From Bacillota bacterium (GTDB lineage: Bacteria > Bacillota > Dethiobacteria > DTU022): a stretch of DNA of 61,890 nucleotides. The stretch lies in assembly GCA_012800855.1 (NCBI GenBank), contig JAAZIN010000137.1, positions 1-61,890 on the forward strand, read 5' to 3'. Positions 42,641 to 50,693 of this stretch are shown here, in pieces (positions within the stretch are counted from its first letter, which is position 1; every line of letters begins with the position of its first letter). The notes beneath the pieces were generated by a model. It did no database searches, was not told the DNA's origin, and worked only from the letters and a program-made list of their open reading frames with translations. The translations under genes were made by a program, and so were the position numbers.

Positions 42641-44493
42641 GCCTGCTGGCGGAAAAGGCAAAAGATGTCACCCGGACCCTGCTGCCCGTGGTCATCCTGG
42701 TGCTGCTGCTCTGCCTCACTATAGTGGATGTGGAAGCCGGCGTATTCATCCGCTTTCTGGTGGGCAGCGCCATGCTCCTGGTGGGGCTCTCCATCTTCCT
42801 GTGGGGCGTGGAATTGGCTATGAACCCCATTGGCGAGCACATGTCCCGGGAGATCGCCACCTCCAGAACACCCTTGAAGATCGCCCTCCTCGGCTTCCTG
42901 CTGGGCTTCTTAATCACCGTGGCCGAGCCGGATCTGCTTGTTCTCGGCTACCAGATCGAGGCCGCCTCCGGGGGCGCCCTGAGCGCCTCGGTGATTGTAT
43001 ACATGGTTTCAATAGGCGTGGGCGTCTTGGTTTCGCTGGGCATCTTCAGGCTCCTGGGCGACATGCCCTTTAACCGCTTCATGCTCATAACATATGTCAT
43101 CATTTTTATCCTGTCCGCCTTTGTCTCGGAGGAATTCATGGCCATATCTTTTGACGCCTCCGGCGCCACTACCGGCGCGCTGACCACTCCCTTCGTTTTG
43201 GCCATATCGCTGGGGCTGGCCAACATAAAGGGCGGGCGCCACACGGAAGAGAATGCCTTCGGCCTTGTGGGCATCATGAGCGCCGGGCCCATCCTGGCGG
43301 TGATGCTTCTCTCCGTTCTAACCGAGCAGAAAAACATTGCCAGCGTCGAAATTGACGTTGGTGTGGCCGAGGGCGTGCTTGGACCCATACTGGACGCTCT
43401 CCCGTCAATCTTCGTCGAATCCATTGTCGCTCTATTACCGATAACCCTTCTCTTTTTCATATTCAATTTTACCAGGTTCAAAATCTCCCGCGACGAGCTA
43501 TCCAGGATCATCAAGGGGCTTCTCCTGATCCTGGCGGGGCTTGTTCTTTTTCTTACCGCCACCGCCTCCGGCTTTATGGACATGGGCCGCATTATGGGCA
43601 TGGAGCTCGCCGGGATGAGCAGATGGCTGCTCATCGGGATAGGCTTTCTCATGGGGCTGATTGTCGTTCTGGTGGAACCCGCCGTTCACGTCCTGGGCCA
43701 GCAAATAGAAGAGGTTACCAGCGGCCACATACCCCTCAATCTCATTCGCATCACCCTCTCCATCGGCGTGGGGCTGGCCATCGCCCTCTCCATGGTCCGC
43801 ATTGTCATCCCCGAGGTTAAACTGTGGTATTTCATCATTCCAGGCTTTGCCCTCGCCCTGGTGCTCTCCTTTGTATCCGAACCCATATTTGTGGGGATCG
43901 CCTTTGACGCCGGCGGAGTGGCCTCGGGCCCAATGACGGCCACCTTTGTCCTGGCATTCGCCCAGGGAGCGGCCACGGTCATAGAGACGGCCGATGTCAT
44001 GATTGACGGCTTCGGGGTCATCGCCATGGTGGCGATGGCGCCGGTCTTCTCCCTCATGGTTTTGGGCACCCTGTTCAGGCATGCCCGGGTGGAATTCCCC
44101 TCCCGCAAGGAGAAGGAGGCGCCTTCTCTCCCGCCGGAGGAGGAACTTCAGCACAACTGTATCATGGTCATCGTAAACCGGGGCTTTGCGGAAAGCGTCG
44201 TCGACGCCGCCCGCCTTGCCGGGGCCACGGGAGCGACCATCATCCGTGGGAGGGGGACGCAGGAGGATCACAAGGTCGTCCTGCCCATTATCCACGTGGA
44301 GCTGCAGCCCGAGCGGGAGATTGTCCTGTTAATCACCGGGGCCCACCTCAGCGAGCAAATCGCTGACAACTTGCTGGCCGACCCCCTGCTGGTCCGGGAA
44401 GGAGAGATGGCCGTGTTCATGGTCCCCACGGAGGCCCTGGTGAAGATCCCCGAGCAGGATGCGCCTCCCGGCGGCGCCTCTTCCGGGACCTGA
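42637..44493 (+). CDS. fused 2x DUF1538 polytopic membrane protein with C-terminal PII-like domain
   Basis: 618 aa. The two halves share AEPDLLVLGYQIE/VEPAVHVLGQQIE and SFDASGATTGALTTPFVLA/AFDAGGVASGPMTATFVLA. C-terminal module is IVNRGFAESVVDAARLAGATGATIIRGRGTQ. GTG start overlaps the upstream stop. Confidence 0.7.
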   Translation: MSLLAEKAKDVTRTLLPVVILVLLLCLTIVDVEAGVFIRFLVGSAMLLVGLSIFLWGVELAMNPIGEHMSREIATSRTPLKIALLGFLLGFLITVAEPDLLVLGYQIEAASGGALSASVIVYMVSIGVGVLVSLGIFRLLGDMPFNRFMLITYVIIFILSAFVSEEFMAISFDASGATTGALTTPFVLAISLGLANIKGGRHTEENAFGLVGIMSAGPILAVMLLSVLTEQKNIASVEIDVGVAEGVLGPILDALPSIFVESIVALLPITLLFFIFNFTRFKISRDELSRIIKGLLLILAGLVLFLTATASGFMDMGRIMGMELAGMSRWLLIGIGFLMGLIVVLVEPAVHVLGQQIEEVTSGHIPLNLIRITLSIGVGLAIALSMVRIVIPEVKLWYFIIPGFALALVLSFVSEPIFVGIAFDAGGVASGPMTATFVLAFAQGAATVIETADVMIDGFGVIAMVAMAPVFSLMVLGTLFRHARVEFPSRKEKEAPSLPPEEELQHNCIMVIVNRGFAESVVDAARLAGATGATIIRGRGTQEDHKVVLPIIHVELQPEREIVLLITGAHLSEQIADNLLADPLLVREGEMAVFMVPTEALVKIPEQDAPPGGASSGT

Positions 44494-44562
44494 TATCACC
44501 ATCCCATCCTGGCGGCGCATGCCGAGGGATATTCGACATAACGAGCAGCGACCATTTTATAA

Positions 44563-44587
44563 GGCACCGCTTCCGGTGTTTTTTTTT
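44563..44587 (+). terminator. intrinsic terminator after the DUF1538 gene
   Basis: Stem CACCG/CGGTG (44565-44569 / 44574-44578) followed by T9. Confidence 0.6.
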
Positions 44588-44672
44588 ACGTCTTCTATTG
44601 CTTTCTCATTTTTTCCCGGCGGTGCGTATACTGGTACAGTGCACTGAAAGGCGAAGGGGAGGAGAGGGCGGC

Positions 44673-45617
44673 ATGTACCTTCTTTCCAGGCAGCCGCCTG
44701 AGCCCTTTGACAGCCACCTGTGGCGAAAGATAGAACGCGGCGAACTGGGGACGCTGGAGGCGCTGCAGCGGATGGGAGGGCTGCGGCGCGAGGGGCGGCA
44801 AAGCGACAGTGCCGCGGCGGCGGCGCTGTGGGAGCTGAAGCAGCTTGTAGGGCTGTCCGAGGTGAAGCAGGTTGTGGAGGAGATCAAGGCCTACATCGAG
44901 ATCGGGGCACAGAGAGCCGCCCACCATCTCAAGTGCGAGCAACTGGTATGGCACATGATTTTCAGCGGGAACCCGGGAACGGGAAAAACCACGGTGGCGC
45001 GGCTCCTGGGCAAACTGTTCAAAGGCCTGGGATTGCTGGAGCGGGGCCACCTGGTGGAAGTGGAGCGCGCGGACCTGGTGGGCGAATATATCGGCCATAC
45101 GGCCCAGAAGACGCGGGAGCAGATCCAGAAAGCCATGGGCGGCGTTCTCTTTGTCGATGAAGCCTATTCGCTGGGGCGGGGCGGCGAGAAAGACTTCGGC
45201 AAGGAGGCCATTGACGTGCTGGTAAAGGCGATGGAAGATCATCGCCACGAGTTCATTCTCATCCTCGCCGGCTATCGCCGGGAGATGGCCGCATTCCTGC
45301 GGCTGAACCCGGGGTTGAGCTCCCGCTTTCCCATACAGATTGACTTCCCCGACTACAGCGTGGTGGAGCTGCTGGAGATCGCCGAGATGATGGCGCAGCA
45401 GCGCCACTACAGCCTCTCACCTGAGGCCAGGAGAAGGCTGCAGCGCTACCTGGCGGAGCGGAAGGGCGATCTGAATTTCAGCAACGCCCGCCTGGTGCGT
45501 AACATCCTGGAAAAATCCATCCGGCGGCAGGCGGTGCGCCTGAGCAAAAAAGAGCGGCTCACTCGAGAGGAGCTCATCACCATCGAGGAAGCCGACCTGG
45601 CGGTGGAGGAGCGGTGA
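44673..45617 (+). CDS. spoVK: stage V sporulation protein K-type AAA+ ATPase (CbbX-like)
   Basis: ..LVGLSEVKQVVEEIKAYIEI..MIFSGNPGTGKTTVARLLGKLF..VLFVDEAYSL... ATG 44673 follows GGAGAGGG. Confidence 0.85.
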   Translation: MYLLSRQPPEPFDSHLWRKIERGELGTLEALQRMGGLRREGRQSDSAAAAALWELKQLVGLSEVKQVVEEIKAYIEIGAQRAAHHLKCEQLVWHMIFSGNPGTGKTTVARLLGKLFKGLGLLERGHLVEVERADLVGEYIGHTAQKTREQIQKAMGGVLFVDEAYSLGRGGEKDFGKEAIDVLVKAMEDHRHEFILILAGYRREMAAFLRLNPGLSSRFPIQIDFPDYSVVELLEIAEMMAQQRHYSLSPEARRRLQRYLAERKGDLNFSNARLVRNILEKSIRRQAVRLSKKERLTREELITIEEADLAVEER

Positions 45618-46234
45618 CCCTGACCATAGCCGTTGTGGGCGCGGCCCGGGTGGGGAAAACCCTTTTCTGCATCAATTTCGCCGAGTACCTGGGCGCCCGC
45701 AGCCTGAGCTACATCGAATGCGGCAGCGCGGGGGAGGGGCGGGGAACGCTTTCGCCGGCCGCGGCCAGGGAGATGATGGTCCATCGCGGGCGGCGCAGCG
45801 GCGCGGTGGTGCGCACTTTCACCGTGCACCTGTCGCCGCGGCAGACGTGGCGGCGCATTGCCCTCATTGACACCGCCTCGCTGGTAGAGAAGAAGCCGCT
45901 GACGCGCGCGGCGCGAACTGCCCTTCTGCTGACCCTGCAGGCGATTCACAGCGCCGCGGCGGTCCTGCAGCTGGTCGATCTCAGCTGCCACGATCCCGCA
46001 CGCCGCGAATTTGACGACGCCGTGTGGAGGCATCTTGCCGACTACTGCCGGGAACAGGGAAAACTCTTTTTAACCGCCGGCAGCAAGGCCGACCTCTATG
46101 ACGGCTCCCTGCAAGCGCCGTTTGCAAGCACGGAGAAGATGGTCTTTATCTCCTCCCTGACCCGCGCCGGCTTCCCCAGGCTGCAGCGCTGCCTCCTGGG
46201 GGCAGTGGGGCCGTCAGCCCAGGAGATGAAATAA
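45614..46234 (+). CDS. hypothetical P-loop protein with degenerate small-GTPase motifs
   Basis: GTG overlaps the spoVK TGA. G1 is GAARVGKT, G3-like LIDTAS, G4-like GSKADL, G5-like ISSL. Confidence 0.55.
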   Translation: MTLTIAVVGAARVGKTLFCINFAEYLGARSLSYIECGSAGEGRGTLSPAAAREMMVHRGRRSGAVVRTFTVHLSPRQTWRRIALIDTASLVEKKPLTRAARTALLLTLQAIHSAAAVLQLVDLSCHDPARREFDDAVWRHLADYCREQGKLFLTAGSKADLYDGSLQAPFASTEKMVFISSLTRAGFPRLQRCLLGAVGPSAQEMK

Positions 46235-46540
46235 GGCCGCCATGACGGCTATCCCCACGAGCAGGGTGAGAAAGATGCTACGGGTAATTAGGCCCGCGGC
46301 AAAGGTGGGGAGGGCGGCCCAGAGGTAGAGGTTCTCCCGGCTCAGTTCAAGGGAGCCGTTGGGGGCGAGAATGCTTACGGCGGCAAGGGCGCCGAGGACG
46401 GCGGGGGCGACGTAGGAGAGCCACTTCTCGAGCCAGGGCGGCATTTTGCGGCGCGAGAAGATGGCCACGGGTAGGATGCGCGGGGCCAGGCTAACCAGCG
46501 CCACGCCGAAAATCATGAGCCAGGCATCAGCGGCGTTCAT
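46214..46540 (-). CDS. azlD: branched-chain amino acid exporter small subunit AzlD
   Basis: MNAADAWLMIFGVALVSLAPRILPVAIF.. is a typical AzlD N-terminus. Start ATG 46540 overlaps the azlC stop. Confidence 0.75.
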   Translation of the reverse strand: MNAADAWLMIFGVALVSLAPRILPVAIFSRRKMPPWLEKWLSYVAPAVLGALAAVSILAPNGSLELSRENLYLWAALPTFAAGLITRSIFLTLLVGIAVMAALFHLLG

Positions 46541-47219
46541 CCCAAATGACCCCCAGGGTGGCGCCGACAAGGGTTGCGGCGATGATGTTGAATTTATTGG
46601 CCATGGTGGAGGGGAAGAGCTGCCCCACCAGGAGCGCGGTGCAGGCGGCGGCGAGGGCGGCGTAGATATGGGAGCGGCGCCGCAGCAGGATGATGAGCAG
46701 CGAGATGTACATGGCCGGGAGGGCGAAGTTCAATCCCAGGCGGTCGGTGCTGGAAATGAAGCTGCCCAGGAGGGCCCCGGCAAGGGTGCTGCCAATCCAG
46801 CCCAGGTGGGAGCAGGCCACCAGGGCGGCAAGATAGGGCGTGGCAGCCGGGTGCCTCCGGTAACGGTTCATGGATACGGCGTAAACCTCGTCGGTAAGCC
46901 CGTAGGATAGGGCGGCGGCGAGGGCGGGAGGGATTCTCTCCCTTAAATAGGGCACCGTGGAGGCGGCAAAAAGGGCGTAGCGCAAGTTGACGAGTAGATT
47001 GGTGAGGATGATGGCTATGAGGGAGCCGCCGGCCTTGAACATCCCCGCGGCAATGAACTGCCCGGCCCCGGTGAAGCAAAGAACAGACATGGCCACGGCC
47101 TGTAGAAGGGAGAGGCCTGCGTCCCTGGCCAGCACGCCAAAGGTGAAGCCCAGCGGCAGGTAGCCCAGGATGATGGGAAATGAGTCTTTAAAGCCCTGCT
47201 TCAGCTCTTGCGTGTTCAT
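46527..47219 (-). CDS. azlC: AzlC-family branched-chain amino acid exporter subunit
   Basis: ..FKDSFPIILGYLPLGFTFGVLA..LCFTGAGQFIAAGM.. Confidence 0.8.
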   Translation of the reverse strand: MNTQELKQGFKDSFPIILGYLPLGFTFGVLARDAGLSLLQAVAMSVLCFTGAGQFIAAGMFKAGGSLIAIILTNLLVNLRYALFAASTVPYLRERIPPALAAALSYGLTDEVYAVSMNRYRRHPAATPYLAALVACSHLGWIGSTLAGALLGSFISSTDRLGLNFALPAMYISLLIILLRRRSHIYAALAAACTALLVGQLFPSTMANKFNIIAATLVGATLGVIWDERR

Positions 47220-47452
47220 GAATGCAAAGACCCTTTTACCATGGCTTGTTTTAACGAAAACCCTTCCAAGGCAATTTGCCCGTTCCTCATTAGTTCGTCA
47301 GCGTTGTATAGAATCCTCTTTGTACTTCTTTGTCCTTTACTCTTCTTTCACTTCTTCAGGAAAACCGGTGGGTTAATCCCGAAATATTACCTGCCGCCCG
47401 AAATGTGGTAAAATAAGGGCAGCGTAAACATTTTCCGGAAGGGGGCCGGCGC

Positions 47453-49132
47453 ATGCTCCTGGGGATAGACGTGGGGGGCACCTCCACCGACGGGGTGCTC
47501 ATCTGTGACGGATGCCTGGAAAAAAGCGTAAAGAAGCAGCACCGCGGCGATCTGACGGAGAGCATCCTAAAGGTGCTGGACGAGCTTCTGGAGGGGCGGG
47601 AGGCGGTGAAGGTGCAGCGCCTTGTCATCAGCACCACGCTGGTGACAAACCTGCTGGCCACGCGGAACGGCGCCCGGACGGCGCTCATTCTCATCCCCGG
47701 CCGCGGGCTTCCCTTCAGCTTTTACCGGATTGCTCCGGACACCTACTTTCTCAAGGGCAGCATTGACTTCAGGGGCAATATTACCGAGGAGACCCCACAA
47801 GAGGATATCCTTGCCGCCATTGAAGACATAAAAACGAAGGGCATCCGCCACATTGCCGTGGCGGCCAAGTTTTCCCACCGCAACCGCAGCCTGGAGCAGG
47901 AGGTGGCCCGGGCCATCCGCGAGCGCTGCCCCGAGGCGATGGTCACCCTGGGCAGCGAAACGGCGGATCGCCTCAACTTCCCCCGCCGGGCGGCCACGGC
48001 CTACTACAGCGCCATGACCGCCCCGCAGTGGAACGAGTTTGCCTCCTGCGTCGAGGAGGCGGTGCGGCAGCGCGGCCTGGCCGCTCCCGTGGAGATCCTC
48101 AAGGCCGACGGGGGAACCATGCCGCTGGAGGTGTCGCGGCAGAGGCCGCTGGAGACGGCCTACTCGGGACCGGCGGCCAGCACCATGGGCGCGGTGGCGC
48201 TAAGCCCCCGCCGGGAGAATGCGGTGATGATCGACATCGGGGGAACCACCTCCGATATCGCCCTGCTCATTGAAGGCGAGCCGCTGCACGCCTCCCGCGG
48301 CGCCTGCATTGACGGCTGCTTTACCCATATCAACGCCCTGGCCCTGCGCTCGATGGCGCTGGGCGGCGACAGCGCCTTACAGGCCCGGGAGGGGCGGCTG
48401 GAGATATCCGCGAAGCGTCTGGGGCCGGCGGCCTGCTTCGGCGGCCCTGCGCCCACGGTTACCGATGCCTTCAACTGTTACCATTCTCTGGCCCTGGGCG
48501 ATGCGGCGCGCAGCCAGGCGGCGCTGGCCGGGCTCGCAGCATCGCTCCACATGGCGCCGCAGGAGCTTGCCGCAGCCGTGGTGGAGCAGGTGCTCTCAAG
48601 GCTGCAGGCCCTCATCGAGGGGATGTTCCGCGAATGGGAAAACGAGCCCGCCTACAAGGTTTGGGAGATCGTGCACCGGCGCAAGTTCAAGCTGGAGCGG
48701 CTCATCGGGATCGGCGGGGCGGCGGAGATGATCGTGCCGCAGCTGGCGAAGAGGATGGGGGTCCCCTTTACCGTACACCGCCTCTCCCCGGTGGCCAACG
48801 CCCTCGGCGCGGCGGTGGCGCGGCCCACATTGTCGCTCCATCTTTATGCCGACACGCAGCAGAAGCGCTTTGTCATTGACCAGGAGGGGATTGAAGGGAC
48901 CATCCCCAACCCCGCCACGTTCCAGCTTGCCGATGCCGAAGCGCTGGCCCTGGAGCAGCTGGCCCGCCTGGCTGAGGAGAAGGGAGCGGGCTGCTACGCC
49001 AAAGAGTCGCGCGTGGAGCTGGCGGAGCAGTTCAACATGATCCGTGGCTGGAGCAGGGTGGGGAAGATATTCCAGGTGAGGGTGCAGATAGCGCCCGGCC
49101 TGATCAAGGAATTCAAGGGGGTGGGCGCATGA
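47453..49132 (+). CDS. hydantoinase A/oxoprolinase-family (ASKHA-fold) protein, no HyuB partner
   Basis: MLLGIDVGGTSTDGVL..IDIGGTTSDIALL.. are hydantoinase_A-type motifs. 559 aa. Confidence 0.75.
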   Translation: MLLGIDVGGTSTDGVLICDGCLEKSVKKQHRGDLTESILKVLDELLEGREAVKVQRLVISTTLVTNLLATRNGARTALILIPGRGLPFSFYRIAPDTYFLKGSIDFRGNITEETPQEDILAAIEDIKTKGIRHIAVAAKFSHRNRSLEQEVARAIRERCPEAMVTLGSETADRLNFPRRAATAYYSAMTAPQWNEFASCVEEAVRQRGLAAPVEILKADGGTMPLEVSRQRPLETAYSGPAASTMGAVALSPRRENAVMIDIGGTTSDIALLIEGEPLHASRGACIDGCFTHINALALRSMALGGDSALQAREGRLEISAKRLGPAACFGGPAPTVTDAFNCYHSLALGDAARSQAALAGLAASLHMAPQELAAAVVEQVLSRLQALIEGMFREWENEPAYKVWEIVHRRKFKLERLIGIGGAAEMIVPQLAKRMGVPFTVHRLSPVANALGAAVARPTLSLHLYADTQQKRFVIDQEGIEGTIPNPATFQLADAEALALEQLARLAEEKGAGCYAKESRVELAEQFNMIRGWSRVGKIFQVRVQIAPGLIKEFKGVGA

Positions 49133-50511
49133 AGCCCACAGGGCTGCTCTTTTTTCCCGCTTTCGACTGGGCCATTTCACCGACGCACCCGGAGCGCGAG
49201 GAGAGGCTCCTCTACACGCGGGACCAGATTTTCGAAGAGGGGATCATGGATCTGCCGCAGATCCGCGAGTACCAGCCGCGGCTGGCTTCAGCTAGTGACA
49301 TTGCCCGCATCCATTTCTGCGTCCCCTCCATAGAGAGGCTCGCCACCGAAGCTCACCTCGTCTCCGCCGGCGGGGCCCTCGTCATCGGCGATGCCTTCAT
49401 GAAGGGAGAGATAAAAAACGGCTTTGCCATCATCCGGCCGCCGGGGCATCACGCCATGACCGTGGCCCACGGCAACCGCGGCTTCTGCAACATCAACAAC
49501 GAGGCCATCATGATTGAGTACCTGCGCCGCAAGTACGGGCTGCACCGCATCGCCATTGTGGACACGGACGTGCATCATGGCGACGGGACCCAGGAAATCT
49601 TCTACCACGATCCCGATGTCCTCTTCATTTCCTTTCACCAGGACGGGCGGACCCTCTACCCCGGCAGCGGCTTTGTCGAAGAGCTGGGCTGGCCGCCGGC
49701 CTGGGGGACGACGATAAACATCCCCCTGGCGCCCTACACTACCGACGAGGGCATCCTCTATGCTGTGGACAGCCTCATCCTGCCGCTGCTGGAGGAATTC
49801 CAGCCCGAGCTGGTGATTAACTCGGCGGGGCAGGACAACCACTACAGCGACCCCCTGGCCAATATGAACTTTAGCGCCGGCGGATATGCTGAGCTAAACC
49901 GCAGGATTGCACCGCATATTGCCGTCCTCGAGGGGGGCTACTCCGTGGAGACCGCCCTGCCCTATATCAACCTAGCCCTGATCATGGCCATGGCCGGGAT
50001 TGACAGCTCCAACCTGCGCGAGCCGGATTACGAGCGCCGCGCCTTTCGCGAGAGCCCCGACAACATGGAGCGGCTGAAGAGGATTGCCACCCTGCAGCTG
50101 GAAAACTTTCGCCGCCGCGAGGAGATGCAGGCCGATCTGAAGAAGAAGCACGGGGACTTTTTCAGCACCTACCGGCGCATCTACTACGATACGGACAATA
50201 TCAGCGAGAACCAGGAGATCAGGCTGCGTCTCTGCGACCGCTGCTGCTCCTACCGGGTGATTGACTCCGCGGCGGCGCATGCAATGGGCGAAAGCTACCG
50301 GGTGCTCTGTTTCAGCATCTCCCTTTACAGCTGCCCCGACTGCCAGCAGGAGGCCCGCGAAGCCTACCGCCACTCCCTGGAACGCTTCCTCGGCCACTAC
50401 GATTTCATCTACCTGCAGGATCGCGCCGCCGACGAGTATCTCTGCTTTGACTGCAGCGGCTTTGAGGAACGGGGAATCGGGGGCCGGATGCCAGGAGAGG
50501 GAGAGGATTAA
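49129..50511 (+). CDS. histone deacetylase/acetoin-utilisation (AcuC)/acetylpolyamine amidohydrolase-family Zn hydrolase with Cys-rich C-terminal extension
   Basis: ..IIRPPGHHA..VDTDVHHGDGTQEIF..LEGGYS.. plus a tail with CDRCC, CPDC and CFDC. ATGA overlap with the upstream gene. Confidence 0.8.
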   Translation: MKPTGLLFFPAFDWAISPTHPEREERLLYTRDQIFEEGIMDLPQIREYQPRLASASDIARIHFCVPSIERLATEAHLVSAGGALVIGDAFMKGEIKNGFAIIRPPGHHAMTVAHGNRGFCNINNEAIMIEYLRRKYGLHRIAIVDTDVHHGDGTQEIFYHDPDVLFISFHQDGRTLYPGSGFVEELGWPPAWGTTINIPLAPYTTDEGILYAVDSLILPLLEEFQPELVINSAGQDNHYSDPLANMNFSAGGYAELNRRIAPHIAVLEGGYSVETALPYINLALIMAMAGIDSSNLREPDYERRAFRESPDNMERLKRIATLQLENFRRREEMQADLKKKHGDFFSTYRRIYYDTDNISENQEIRLRLCDRCCSYRVIDSAAAHAMGESYRVLCFSISLYSCPDCQQEAREAYRHSLERFLGHYDFIYLQDRAADEYLCFDCSGFEERGIGGRMPGEGED

Positions 50512-50594
50512 TCCCGCCTGGCGCTGGGAGGATGCCCAGGCAGCAAGCAGACAGCCCCGCCGGTGTTCCCCGGGCGAAAACTGGCGCGCACACC

Positions 50595-50623
50595 TTTATG
50601 CGCTGCCCGCGCTGTGATATGAT
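50595..50623 (+). promoter_or_regulatory. possible promoter of hflX-ynbB
   Basis: TTTATG (50595-50600), 17 bp, then TGaTATGAT (extended -10; hexamer 50618-50623). Confidence 0.4.
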
Positions 50624-50693
50624 CTAGCTGCACGACAAACAAAGCGGAAGGTGAGGAGCAAAACTGGCTGCGGAAAAAGCAATCCTGGTTGGA

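Noticed and set aside
47220-47452. Riboswitch or leader in the 233-bp divergent region between azlC and the hydantoinase-like gene.
   Set aside because: I found no conserved aptamer blocks, no terminator-type hairpin and no repeat. This is probably just two divergent promoters.
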